A stretch of DNA of 64,000 nucleotides, taken from assembly GCA_964653435.1 (NCBI GenBank), contig CAZZFA010000008.1, positions 15,253 to 79,252 of the forward strand, given 5' to 3'. Every line of letters starts with the position of its first letter. Positions within the stretch are counted from its first letter, which is position 1. The notes under the pieces were generated by a model that saw nothing but the letters and a program-made list of their open reading frames with translations, made no database searches and was not told the DNA's origin. This DNA is from an uncultured Planctomycetales bacterium (GTDB lineage Bacteria; Planctomycetota; Phycisphaerae; UBA1845; PWPN01). Of this stretch, positions 1-9,975 are shown one piece after another. The position numbers were made by a program, and so were the translations under genes.

Positions 1-747
1 CGCCGTCCAGTCGGCTACAGAGGATGACAGCTCAAGCGAACACCGAGCGGTAGGAGACCATTTCGCGCATCCGCCCATCGACTGCCCGCTGCGCAAGCAG
101 GGCATCGACGATGGGCCGGCCACCCATGGTGCCCTTATTGCCGATAACCAGGGGGGGGAAACACCCGAAAGGAGCCCGCTTGCATGGTTTGGCCCGGTTT
201 GACACGAACTCGAACCCCATCTACAATCCCACCGTATGAAGAGGATGATGGCCATCCTTCTGACTTCTTGGTCCCTGCTCATAGGGCCGTCTCTTTGCAC
301 GGGCAAGATCCTCGCGCACCCGTGCGAGTGTGGCACCACCTGCCAGGAATGTCCGCCCGAGCCCGATACCGATCAGGGTCCGTGTCACGGCGATCCCTGC
401 CGGACAGCGGTTGCGGACAAGCCGTCCGCCAGCCGGGGCGGAAATCCGTCTTCGGTAATACCCCTGTCTCCGACCACACCCGATCTCGCGATCATCCCGA
501 GCGCCTTGACGGCGATGCCCGCAAACGACGCGACCGACTGCTTGCCCGACAGGGCTCAGCGTTGTCGGGATCCTCTGCCTACCGGTCGTGTTCTGCCCCT
601 TTTGATCTGATCCATCCGTCCAATCTGGCCTTACCGGCGTCGGCGTTCTCCTGCGCGCTCGCTCCCCGCCGTGTCTCGGCAAGGAACGATGCGGGCAGGA
701 ACGCGTGGCCTTCGTTGTTGAGTCTACATTCATCGAGACTTGGTCCC

Positions 748-2286
748 ATGAAGACAACCAATCACCTAACGCGCGGTCTTGTGACTGGATTGACATGCAT
801 CTTGCTCGTCGGATGCGCCACCGTGGATCCCAAGCGGGACTACGGTGCAGTGACACAACACGTCGCCGAGGCAACCGGCCAAGACAGCGTGTATCGGCCC
901 GACCAAGAGGACGCTGTTGAGTCCCGTGTCGAGGCCCTGCTTGCTGGCGGCCTGGCCGCCGACGAGGCCGTCCAGGTGTGCCTGTTGAACAACCCCGGCT
1001 TCCAGGCCGCGTGGATGGATGTGGGCATGGCCAAGGCGGACCTTGTGCAGTCAGGTCTGCTGTCCAATCCCTCGCTCGGGGGTTCGTTGCGACTGCCGGC
1101 GGGCGGCGGGCTGGCGAATCTGGAAGTCACCATAGCGCAGAATATCGCCGACCTGTGGCAGATTCCGGTGCGGCAACGTGTGGCCCAGGCGGCTCTGGAT
1201 CAGGCGATCCTGCGGCTTGCCCGCCAGGCGGCGGAATTGGCTGCCGACGCCCGGGCGGCGTACGTGCGCGCGACGGGTACGCAGGAGCTCCACAAGGTGG
1301 CCCTGGATAACCTGGCGATCGCGCGCCAACTGCTGGACCTGGCTATCGGCCGCCAACAGGCCGGAGCGGGCAGCGAACTCGATGTGAACCTGTCACGCAG
1401 CGCCGTGTTGGAGGCGGAACTGTCGGTCGAGTCCGCGAGGCTGGCGGCGTCCGAGGCCAGACGATCGCTCGCCCGGCTACTGGGATTGAGCATTGATGCG
1501 GAGAAGATCGGGCTGTCAGACCCGTTCCCGTCATCGTCGCCGGGTCTTCCCTCGGCAGAGGACCTGATCGCCATTGCTCGGGAGAAGCGACTGGATATCC
1601 GGGCGGCTTCACAGGCTGTTGCCCAAACCGACGCTCGCGTGCGGGAGGAGTACCTCAAGATATTCCCGACGTTGGAGCTCGGTCTGGCGATGGAACGGGC
1701 CCAGCGCCAGGCCCAGCCGGGCCGCAACATCCTCGCGGACACGGCGCGTGCCTCCATCGCCAACGGTGGGTTGACTGCGCCGGAGATCCAGCCTCGTTCC
1801 GAGCGCCGGCAGAACACTGACTTCATCATCGGGCCGAGTTGGGGGCTGGAGTTGCCCATCTTCAACCAGAACCAGGCCCAGATTGCCAAAGCCCAGTATG
1901 CCCGGCAGCAGGCCGAAAAGGCACTTGCGTCGGCCAATCAGAGGATGACACAGGAGGTGCGCAGCGCCAGCGACCAGATGGGGACGGCGTGGCGCATCGT
2001 CAACGCGTACCGAGACCAGTTCGTACCGCTCGCACAGAGCAACCTCGACCTCTCACGGGAGTCATACAAGGCGGGCCGTGCATCGTTTCTGTCCGTTCTT
2101 GAGTCGCAGCGGTTCTTCCTTGACACGCGGCGACGCTCAATCGAGGCGTTGCAGACGGCGGCGGCAGCGGTCCCGGAGTTGGAACGCGCGGTCGGCATCC
2201 CCATGAGGGATCTGCGTAACCTGAACAGCGATCTTCCATCAACACGACCGGCCGCCAGCAAGCCGGCAGGAGGAAACGAACCATGA
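748..2286 (+). CDS. czcC: RND outer-membrane factor (TolC/CzcC family lipoprotein)
   Basis: In frame with track ORF 184..2286. Start moved to ATG 748, which gives the lipoprotein signal MKTTNHLTRGLVTGLTCILLVGC. Long helical OEP-type repeats. First gene of an RND operon. Confidence 0.85.
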   Translation: MKTTNHLTRGLVTGLTCILLVGCATVDPKRDYGAVTQHVAEATGQDSVYRPDQEDAVESRVEALLAGGLAADEAVQVCLLNNPGFQAAWMDVGMAKADLVQSGLLSNPSLGGSLRLPAGGGLANLEVTIAQNIADLWQIPVRQRVAQAALDQAILRLARQAAELAADARAAYVRATGTQELHKVALDNLAIARQLLDLAIGRQQAGAGSELDVNLSRSAVLEAELSVESARLAASEARRSLARLLGLSIDAEKIGLSDPFPSSSPGLPSAEDLIAIAREKRLDIRAASQAVAQTDARVREEYLKIFPTLELGLAMERAQRQAQPGRNILADTARASIANGGLTAPEIQPRSERRQNTDFIIGPSWGLELPIFNQNQAQIAKAQYARQQAEKALASANQRMTQEVRSASDQMGTAWRIVNAYRDQFVPLAQSNLDLSRESYKAGRASFLSVLESQRFFLDTRRRSIEALQTAAAAVPELERAVGIPMRDLRNLNSDLPSTRPAASKPAGGNEP

Positions 2287-2423
2287 ATAGGTGGACCCGA
2301 TTCAATCTGCTCACGGGCACGCTGTTGGCAACGGCCGGCGGGTGCGAGACGAGCCTCCAGCAGCAGTTGGCGGCGTTCCCGAGGGACTTCTTTCTCCAGG
2401 CGCTCGCGGCGTACCTGCTGTAA
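2283..2423 (+). CDS. 46-aa lipoprotein-like small ORF, below the track cut-off
   Basis: The ATG overlaps the czcC stop (ATGA). Product is MNRWTRFNLLTGTLLATAGGCETSLQQQLAAFPRDFFLQALAAYLL, with a signal-like N-terminus ending in Cys. Stop at 2421-2423 lies 15 nt before the czcB ATG and its GGAGG. Confidence 0.35.
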   Translation: MNRWTRFNLLTGTLLATAGGCETSLQQQLAAFPRDFFLQALAAYLL

Positions 2424-2438
2424 ACGGAGGAACCAACC

Positions 2439-3701
2439 ATGCGGAAAGCCATCTTGATCACCATGCTCGTTGTTCTCCCGCTGGGCCTGCTCGGTGGAGC
2501 CGGCGCCATGTACGCCTGGCTGTCGAAAGGAAACACGGAGCCGCACGCGGATGTCCACGCCGGTGAGAAGGACGAGGGTGGGCACGATCACGCCGAAGCG
2601 GGTCATGAGGGCGAAGAAGGGCACGAGGAGCACGGTGAGGGCCGGGTGAAACTCTCCGAGGAGGCTATCCGGCAGTTTGGCGTCCAGGTAGTCGAAGCGA
2701 CCGGCGGCAAGCTGGAGCAGACGCTCAAGCTGCCTGCGGAGATCGTGCTCAACGCTGATCGCGTGGCCCATATTGTGCCGCGGGTGACCGGCATGATCCG
2801 CGAGGTCCGCAAGAACGTCGGTGACAAGGTGGACGCCGGCGAACTCATGGCCGTCATGGAGAGTCGAGAGCTGGCGGAGGCCAAGGCCGCCGACCTGGCC
2901 GCCGAGGCCCGGCTGAAGCTGGCCGAGACCAACTTTAAGCGGATAGAAGGACTGCTCGCGAAGAAGATTTCGCCCGAGCAGGAGTTCTACGAAGCCCGCC
3001 AGAAGCTGGAAGAGTCCCAGATCGCCCATCGCGAGACGATCGCCAAGCTGCACGCGCTGGGCCTTGACCACGACGAGGTCAATGCCGTGGGAAAGCAAGC
3101 CGACGCGGCGTTCTCCCGATACGAAATCCGTGCGCCGTTTGCCGGACACGTCGTGGAAAAACACGTGGCTCTTGGCGAATTGCACGACAGCGGCAGCGAC
3201 GTCTTCGTGGTGGCCGATCTGTCCAACGTTTGGGTGGACATCACCACCTATCCGCACGACGCTGCCCAGGTACAGGTGGGCGCCAAGGTTCGGGTAACCG
3301 CGCCGGGGCCGGGTGGTCAGCCGATCACCGCCGAAGGAACCATCAGCTACGCCAGCCCCATCATCCGTGAATCAACTCGGACGGGGCTGGCCCGTGCGGT
3401 GATCTCCAACGACAAACTCGCCTGGAAGCCGGGCCTCTTCGTGACGGCCGAGATCCTGGTCGGCTCCGAGGAAGTCCCCATCCTCGTGCCGAATGAAGCC
3501 ATTCAGACGATCGAGAACCAGACGGTGGTTTTCGTCGCCGAGGACGGCGAGTTCGAAAAGCGTCCCGTCGTCGTCGGCAAAGTCAATGAGACCCATGCGG
3601 CACTTGTATCCGGCATCAAGCCGGGCGAGCGCTACGTGGCCAAGGGGGCGTTCATTTTGAAAGCGGAACTGAGCAAGGGTACAGGTGAGCACGAACACTG
3701 A
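2439..3701 (+). CDS. czcB: RND periplasmic adaptor (MFP, CzcB-like) with His/Glu-rich N-terminal segment
   Basis: 420 aa with a GGAGG RBS. Signal/TM N-terminus, then HADVHAGEKDEGGHDHAEAGHEGEEGHEEHGEG. Coiled-coil hairpin and beta-barrel MFP layout. Confidence 0.9.
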   Translation: MRKAILITMLVVLPLGLLGGAGAMYAWLSKGNTEPHADVHAGEKDEGGHDHAEAGHEGEEGHEEHGEGRVKLSEEAIRQFGVQVVEATGGKLEQTLKLPAEIVLNADRVAHIVPRVTGMIREVRKNVGDKVDAGELMAVMESRELAEAKAADLAAEARLKLAETNFKRIEGLLAKKISPEQEFYEARQKLEESQIAHRETIAKLHALGLDHDEVNAVGKQADAAFSRYEIRAPFAGHVVEKHVALGELHDSGSDVFVVADLSNVWVDITTYPHDAAQVQVGAKVRVTAPGPGGQPITAEGTISYASPIIRESTRTGLARAVISNDKLAWKPGLFVTAEILVGSEEVPILVPNEAIQTIENQTVVFVAEDGEFEKRPVVVGKVNETHAALVSGIKPGERYVAKGAFILKAELSKGTGEHEH

Positions 3702-3735
3702 TCCCAATGCGACCTTAATCCTGAGGTGCCTATTC

Positions 3736-4197
3736 ATGAGACAACCACATCTATACAGGGCATGCAAGGCGATTGCTGTTGTCGTTGCGACAATACCGGC
3801 ATGGGGTTGTGCTTCCAACCGAATCAACCTTGCACGAGAAGGTATCGTGACGTTCACGGTTGCCGATTGCCACCCCGTAATCATCTCGGCCGTGGCGGAG
3901 CAGGACGGTGATGAAACGATTATCTCGGGCACAATCAGGCGCAGCCCTCCCCTGAGCCCGGGCAATCTGCACATGGATGTGACAATCACGACCCCAGGTG
4001 GCGAGGTCATCGCCGCGGGGACCGCCTTGGCGTATCCGCGGTCCATTACTTATCGCGGAAATCGTGAGCGCCGTTTCGCCATCTGGTTTCCTTTTGTTCC
4101 ACCTCGCGGATCGGTGGTTCATCTTGTATGTGACGCCGAGGTGCATCCGCCCGGAAAGGTTCCCTTGCCGACAGGTGGCAGGACGGATCCTGACTGA
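3736..4197 (+). CDS. Hypothetical secreted/lipoprotein, family A copy 1
   Basis: ATG 3736 is preceded by TGAGGTGCCT. N-terminus ...AVVVATIPAWGC. C-terminal ~75 aa aligns with the 9976..10455 product (G-x-[IL]...P-x-G...F...PP-x-GSV...D). Confidence 0.6.
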   Translation: MRQPHLYRACKAIAVVVATIPAWGCASNRINLAREGIVTFTVADCHPVIISAVAEQDGDETIISGTIRRSPPLSPGNLHMDVTITTPGGEVIAAGTALAYPRSITYRGNRERRFAIWFPFVPPRGSVVHLVCDAEVHPPGKVPLPTGGRTDPD

Positions 4198-4247
4198 CTC
4201 GTCGTTGGCTCAGGAGAGACTGTAGCTTCGCCATAGGAGTGCAGGCG

Positions 4248-4589
4248 ATGAAAGAGATCAAAGCGATCATTCAACCGCACATGTTGGGCAAGGTCATGGA
4301 AGCGCTGCACGCACTGACGCACTTCCCCGGCGTCACCGTAAGCGACTGCCAGGGGCAGGGACGCGGGCGTGGTACCGGCGGCGGCTTCGTGCCGACCGAG
4401 GACAGCATCTTCCTGGCCAAGATGATCAAGCTAGAGATGTTCTGTTCCGACGCGCTCTGCGATCAACTCGTGGCCGCCTTGCAGCAGGCCTCGCACACCG
4501 GCAACCCTGGCGACGGGGTGATCATGGTGGCTGACCTTTCTCGCGTGGTCCGCATTCGCAGCGGTCAGGAGCAGAACGAGGCAGTGTGA
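4248..4589 (+). CDS. P-II (GlnB-like) family signal-transduction protein
   Basis: MKEIKAIIQPHMLGKVMEAL... is a typical P-II N-terminus. ~113 aa with an AGGAG RBS. Its stop overlaps the start of the ATPase gene. Confidence 0.8.
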   Translation: MKEIKAIIQPHMLGKVMEALHALTHFPGVTVSDCQGQGRGRGTGGGFVPTEDSIFLAKMIKLEMFCSDALCDQLVAALQQASHTGNPGDGVIMVADLSRVVRIRSGQEQNEAV

Positions 4590-6766
4590 TGGTTCGGACG
4601 GCGTTTACAGTTCGCGGTATGGATTGTGCGGAAGAGGTGAACACCCTCCGCAGCGAGCTCATGCGCCTCCCGGGCGTCAAGGAATTGGATTTCAACCTCC
4701 TGCAAGGAAGGATGACCGTCACCCACGCCGACGGCGTGGTTGAGCTCCAGGAATTGATCGATGCCGTCGCGCGGACGGGGATGCAGGCCGAGCCGTGGCG
4801 TGGCGGTCGACCGGCGCGGACCGAGGGCGGATCTGTCCTGGCTCGCTGGGGCAAGCTCGTCATGACATGTGCCAGCGGCCTGCTGGTCCTTTCCGGGTTC
4901 CTTGTCCACGGGAGCATGGAGGGATGGCTGACGGCAATGGGCGGGCACGACGTGCTGCCACCGGTGGCCGCGCGCGTCCTCTATCTGATGGCCGCAGCCA
5001 CAGGGGCTTGGTACGTCGTACCGAAGGCCATCCTGGCACTCCGGCGATTGCGCCCCGACATGAATCTGCTGATGATGGTTGCGATCGTCGGGGCCATCGG
5101 CATTGGAGAGTACTTTGAGGCCGCGACGGTCGCCTTTCTGTTTGCGCTGTCGCTCCTCCTGGAATCCTGGAGCGTTGCGCGGGTGCGACGGGCGGTTGAA
5201 TCTTTGCTGGCCCTGACGCCGCCCCAGGCCCAAATCCTCGGCCCCGATGGTCGGGAAGAAACGAAAGACGTCGCCGACGTTCCGGTTGGCAGCCGAATCC
5301 TCGTTCGTCCGGGTGATCGCCTTCCGCTCGATGGCAAGGTGGTACGGGGCAAAACGACCGTCAATCAAGCTCCGATTACCGGCGAAGCGGCACCGGTGTC
5401 CAAGACGGTTGACGATGACGTCTTCGCGGGAACCATCAATGGGGACGGGGCCATCGAAGTGCGGGTCACTAGGCCCGTATCAGACACCACTCTGGCCCGC
5501 ATCATCCGCATGGTCTCCGAGGCCCAGGGCCGCCGCGCTGCGAGCGAACAGTGGGTGGACCGGTTCGCCCGGGTGTACACGCCGGCGGTCATGTCCTTGG
5601 CTGTGGTGGTTGCCATCATTCCGCCGCTGGTTTTCAGCGGGGCTTGGTCGAAGTGGTTCTACGAGGCCCTGGTGCTACTGGTGATCGCCTGCCCATGTGC
5701 ATTGGTCATTTCGACCCCGGTCAGCATCGTGGCCGCGTTGACCGCGGCCGCCAGAAACGGTGTCCTCATTAAGGGGGGCGCCTACGTCGAACTCCCGGCC
5801 AAACTCACCGCGATTGCCCTCGACAAAACCGGCACGCTGACCGAGGGCCGGCCGGCTGTGTGCCAGATTGTGGCCCTGGCCGGTCACACGGAACAGGAAG
5901 TATTGGCGATCGCGGCTGCGATCGAAGCTCACTCCGAACACCCATTGGGACGGGCAATTGTGAGTCACGCACGCTCGATGAGCATTCACGTCCCGCCGGC
6001 GGAGAGTTTCCTTGCCGTGAAGGGCAAAGGCGCGACGGCGGTGCTCGATGGGCGTCCGGTATGGGCGGGCTCGCACAGGTTCATGGAAGAACGGGACCAG
6101 GAGCCGCCGGGCGTCCATGAACAATTGGAGACACTGGCCGCCGCCGGCGCAAGCATCATCGTCATCGGCAACGACGAGCATGTCTGCGGCCTGATCGCGA
6201 TGGGTGATCGCGTTCGCCCTGATGCCCGCGAGGTCGTCGCCGACCTCCACCAGGCTGGAGTTCAGCGAGTAGTCATGCTCACGGGTGACAACGCCGAAAC
6301 GGCCGCCGCCGTGGCCATGGCCACCGGGGTGGACGACGTTCGCGCCGAGCTGCTGCCGGAGGACAAAGTGGCAGCGATTGAGGAACTCGTTGAGCGGTAC
6401 GGGAAGGTCGGTATGGTGGGCGACGGTGTGAACGACGCGCCGGCGATGGCGCGAGCCAGCCTCGGCATCGCGATGGGAGCAATGGGCACGGATGTAGCCA
6501 TCGAGACAGCGGACATCGCTCTGATGACTGATGACCTTTCGCGACTGCCCTGGCTGATTGGCCATTCCCGCCGGACGCTGGCCACCATCCGCCAGAACAT
6601 CGCGGCCTCTCTAAGCGTCAAGGCTGTATTTGTCGGACTCACCTTCCTCGGACATGCCTCCTTGTGGGCGGCGATCACCGCCGACATGGGGGTGTCGTTG
6701 GTCGTGGTATTTAACGCGCTTCGCCTGGTACGTGGGCGAGGCGACCTCAGGAGAAAAAGCACATGA
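4586..6766 (+). CDS. Heavy-metal P1B-type ATPase (Zn/Cd/Pb-type signature)
   Basis: N-terminal HMA-like GMDCAEEV, TM CPC motif (IACPCALVISTP), DKTGTLT, SEHPLG, TGDN, GDGVNDAPA, and TM8 ADMG (equivalent to the ZntA Asp). Confidence 0.92.
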   Translation: MMVRTAFTVRGMDCAEEVNTLRSELMRLPGVKELDFNLLQGRMTVTHADGVVELQELIDAVARTGMQAEPWRGGRPARTEGGSVLARWGKLVMTCASGLLVLSGFLVHGSMEGWLTAMGGHDVLPPVAARVLYLMAAATGAWYVVPKAILALRRLRPDMNLLMMVAIVGAIGIGEYFEAATVAFLFALSLLLESWSVARVRRAVESLLALTPPQAQILGPDGREETKDVADVPVGSRILVRPGDRLPLDGKVVRGKTTVNQAPITGEAAPVSKTVDDDVFAGTINGDGAIEVRVTRPVSDTTLARIIRMVSEAQGRRAASEQWVDRFARVYTPAVMSLAVVVAIIPPLVFSGAWSKWFYEALVLLVIACPCALVISTPVSIVAALTAAARNGVLIKGGAYVELPAKLTAIALDKTGTLTEGRPAVCQIVALAGHTEQEVLAIAAAIEAHSEHPLGRAIVSHARSMSIHVPPAESFLAVKGKGATAVLDGRPVWAGSHRFMEERDQEPPGVHEQLETLAAAGASIIVIGNDEHVCGLIAMGDRVRPDAREVVADLHQAGVQRVVMLTGDNAETAAAVAMATGVDDVRAELLPEDKVAAIEELVERYGKVGMVGDGVNDAPAMARASLGIAMGAMGTDVAIETADIALMTDDLSRLPWLIGHSRRTLATIRQNIAASLSVKAVFVGLTFLGHASLWAAITADMGVSLVVVFNALRLVRGRGDLRRKST

Positions 6767-9700
6767 TCTCCCGACTCTTGGAATTCGCGATTCATCAGCG
6801 ATGGCTTATTGTCCTCGTGACACTCGGAGCTGTGGCGCTGGGCATGTACGACTTCACGCGCCTTCCGATTGACGCCGTGCCGGATATCACCAACAAGCAG
6901 GTACAGATCAACACGGCCGTCACTGGCCTGTCGCCTATCGAGATCGAAAAGCAGATTACCTTCCCGATCGAATGGGCCATGCAGGGCATCCCGGGCGTCG
7001 AGCAGATCCGCTCAATGTCGTTCTACGGCGTCTCGCAGGTGACCGTCATCTTCGACGACGACGTTGACCTCTATCGTGGGCGACAGCTCGTGGCCGAGCG
7101 ACTGGCCGAAGCCAAGGAGGGGCTGCCGGCTGGCGTGGGGACGCCGTTCATGGGGCCAATCTGGACCGGCCTGGGAGAGATTTACTTCTGGAGCGTGGAC
7201 GCGGTTGGCCCCAAGCCCGACGGAACGCCCTACACCCCGATGGACCTCAAGACGATCCAGGAATGGGTCGTCAAGCCGCAGTTGCGGTCGATCCCCGGTG
7301 TAACCGAGGTGAATACCATCGGCGGCTTTGAGAAACAGTACCACGTGCGGCCCGACCCCATGAAGCTGATCTCCTACGGCATCAGCTTCCGCGACGTAAT
7401 GGAGGCCCTGGCAACGAACAACATGAACGTCGGTGGCGGCTACATTGAACACGCCGGCGAACAGTACACCATTCGCTCCACCGGCCAGATCGCCGATATC
7501 GACGACATCCGCAACATCAAACTCGGCACACACGACGGGGTCGCCTACTACATCAAGGATGTTGCGGAGGTCGGGCTGGGCAGCGAGCTTCGCACCGGCG
7601 CGGGAACCGCCAACGGCCAGGAAGCTGTCGTCGGCACCGCCATTCTGCTCTACGGCGAAAACAGCCGAACGGTCGCCCGCCGCGTGGATGACAAGATCAA
7701 GCAAGTCGGCAAGCTGCTTCCCGAAAACGTCAAGGTGACCACGCTATACGACCGTACCTACCTCGTGGACGCCACGCTGCATACGGTGAGCAAGAACCTG
7801 GCCGAAGGCGCGCTGTTGGTGATCGTGATCCTGTTCCTGATGTTGGGCAACATTCGGGCAGCCGTCATCTGTGCGATGGCCATTCCGTTGGTGATGTTGA
7901 TGACCATTACGGGCATGGTTCACGGCAAGATCAGCGCGAATCTGATGAGCCTGGGGGCGATCGACTTCGGGCTCATCGTGGATGGAGCGGTGATCATCGT
8001 GGAGAACTGCCTCCGACATCTGGCGACTCGTCAGCATCAGCTTGGGCGCAAACTGACCTTGGCCGAACGCCTCGAAACGGTCTTCGCCGCCAGCAAGGAG
8101 GTACGTACGGCCACGATGTTCGGCGAGGCGATCATCATCACCGTGTACATTCCCATCCTGGCGCTGACCGGCGTGGAAGGCAAGATGTTTAGGCCGATGG
8201 CCGCAACGGTCATACTCGCCTTGGCAGCGGCATTCGTCCTGTCGCTGACCTTCATACCCGCGATGGTGGCTCTGCTCATTCGCGGCAAGGTCAAGGAGAA
8301 AGAAAACTGGATCGTACGGGCCGCCAAGGTGATCTACGCCCCCGTGCTGCGCGCAGCCGTTCGGTTCCGCTGGGCCGTCGTCATCGGTGCGGTGGCCATC
8401 CTGGTTACGACGGGCTTGATTGCCACGCGGCTCGGCAGCGAGTTCGTGCCGAAGCTCACCGAAGGAGCAATTGCGCTGCAGCCGACCCGCATGCCGAGCA
8501 TTGCCTTGAGCACCAGCGCCCAGATGCAAACCTTGGTCGAGCAGGCTCTCTTGAAAGCCTTTCCGGATGAAATCGAGTCACTCTTCGCCCGCACCGGCAC
8601 GTCCGAGGTCGTCACGGACGTCTGCGGGCCGGAGGTTTCCGACACATACATCATGCTCAAGCCACGGGAGCAGTGGAAGAAGGCCAAGACCCAGCTTGAA
8701 TTGACCGAGGCGATGGAAGAGGTCGTGCGCAAGATCCCCGGCCAGAACTACGAGTTTAGTCAGCCCGTCGAGCTTCGCATGAACGAACTCGTGTCCGGCG
8801 TCCGAAGCGACCTGGCGGTCAAGGTCTACGGGGACGAGATGGAGGTCATGCAGAAGTATGCCGCCATCGTCGCGGAAGAACTCAAGAAGGTCCCCGGTGC
8901 GGAGGACATCAAGGTTGAACAAGTAGCCGGAATGCCGATGGTCACCATCGAGATCAACCGCCAGGCGGTTGCCCGGTATGGGCTGAACGTCAAGGACGTG
9001 CAGGAGGTCATCGAGATCGCCCTTGGCGGCGCCACCGCGGGGCAGGTGATCCAGGGAGACCGGCGGTTTGACCTGGTCGTTCGCTTGCCGGAGAACCTGC
9101 GCGGGAATCTGCAGGCGTTGGGTTCACTGCCGATTCCGCTGCCGAAGGCGGAAGAAGCCCCGGCTCGCATGACACGTGTTGCATACACGGAGAAGCCACA
9201 GGCCGGCTACATCCCGCTCTCGAATATCGCCAAGATCAGCATCGCCGAAGGCGCCCGGCAAATCCGCCGCGAAGACGGCAAGCGCCGCATCGTCGTGCAG
9301 TCCAACGTTCGCGGGCGCGACTTGGGCGGTTTTGTCGCCGAGGCGCAGGCCCGGATCGAGAAGAAGCTTGGCCAACTTCCCGAGGGTTACTGGCTCGGTT
9401 GGGGGGGGCAGTTCGAGCACCTGATCGCTGCCAAGCAACGGCTGGCGGTTGTGGTTCCGCTGGCCCTGGGGCTGATCGCCATTCTGCTGTTCGCCACCTT
9501 CGGCTCGATCCGCCAGGCCTTGCTTGTGTTCACCGGCGTACCCTTGGCGTTGACCGGCGGCGTGGTCGCGTTATGGCTGCGCGACATGCCTCTGTCCATC
9601 TCCGCGGGCATCGGCTTCATTGCCCTCTCCGGTGTCGCGGTGCTGAATGGCTTGGTCATGGTGACCTTCATCAACCAGCTTCGTAAGGAGGGCACCGCCC

Positions 9701-9939
9701 GTGATGAGGCAATCGTGACTGGTGCCATGACCCGACTTCGGCCGGTGTTGATGACCGCCTCGGTTGCCGCTCTTGGCTTCGTGCCGATGGCCCTGGCCAC
9801 CGGCATGGGCGCGGAAGTGCAAAAGCCGCTGGCCACCGTCGTCATCGGTGGCATCATCAGCAGCACGCTGCTGACGCTTGTCGTGTTGCCCGCCTTGTAC
9901 GGCTGGTTCGAGCCGCAAGCAAATGAAGACGGCCAGTAG
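6763..9939 (+). CDS. czcA: HME-RND inner-membrane pump (CzcA-like, divalent-cation type)
   Basis: 1058 aa with 12-TM RND architecture. AIDFGLIVDGAVIIVEN matches the DFG-DGA-VEN signature of divalent HME-RND pumps. ATGA overlap with the ATPase gene. Confidence 0.93.
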   Translation: MISRLLEFAIHQRWLIVLVTLGAVALGMYDFTRLPIDAVPDITNKQVQINTAVTGLSPIEIEKQITFPIEWAMQGIPGVEQIRSMSFYGVSQVTVIFDDDVDLYRGRQLVAERLAEAKEGLPAGVGTPFMGPIWTGLGEIYFWSVDAVGPKPDGTPYTPMDLKTIQEWVVKPQLRSIPGVTEVNTIGGFEKQYHVRPDPMKLISYGISFRDVMEALATNNMNVGGGYIEHAGEQYTIRSTGQIADIDDIRNIKLGTHDGVAYYIKDVAEVGLGSELRTGAGTANGQEAVVGTAILLYGENSRTVARRVDDKIKQVGKLLPENVKVTTLYDRTYLVDATLHTVSKNLAEGALLVIVILFLMLGNIRAAVICAMAIPLVMLMTITGMVHGKISANLMSLGAIDFGLIVDGAVIIVENCLRHLATRQHQLGRKLTLAERLETVFAASKEVRTATMFGEAIIITVYIPILALTGVEGKMFRPMAATVILALAAAFVLSLTFIPAMVALLIRGKVKEKENWIVRAAKVIYAPVLRAAVRFRWAVVIGAVAILVTTGLIATRLGSEFVPKLTEGAIALQPTRMPSIALSTSAQMQTLVEQALLKAFPDEIESLFARTGTSEVVTDVCGPEVSDTYIMLKPREQWKKAKTQLELTEAMEEVVRKIPGQNYEFSQPVELRMNELVSGVRSDLAVKVYGDEMEVMQKYAAIVAEELKKVPGAEDIKVEQVAGMPMVTIEINRQAVARYGLNVKDVQEVIEIALGGATAGQVIQGDRRFDLVVRLPENLRGNLQALGSLPIPLPKAEEAPARMTRVAYTEKPQAGYIPLSNIAKISIAEGARQIRREDGKRRIVVQSNVRGRDLGGFVAEAQARIEKKLGQLPEGYWLGWGGQFEHLIAAKQRLAVVVPLALGLIAILLFATFGSIRQALLVFTGVPLALTGGVVALWLRDMPLSISAGIGFIALSGVAVLNGLVMVTFINQLRKEGTARDEAIVTGAMTRLRPVLMTASVAALGFVPMALATGMGAEVQKPLATVVIGGIISSTLLTLVVLPALYGWFEPQANEDGQ

Positions 9940-9975
9940 ACCTGGTGGCAGGTCACGGGATTGAGGTGCCTGCCG

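Noticed and set aside
184-747. N-terminal 188-aa extension of the czcC ORF in the track
   Set aside because: The extension is Arg/Ser/Pro-rich with no signal peptide. The internal ATG at 748 yields a canonical lipoprotein signal as expected for an RND outer-membrane factor.
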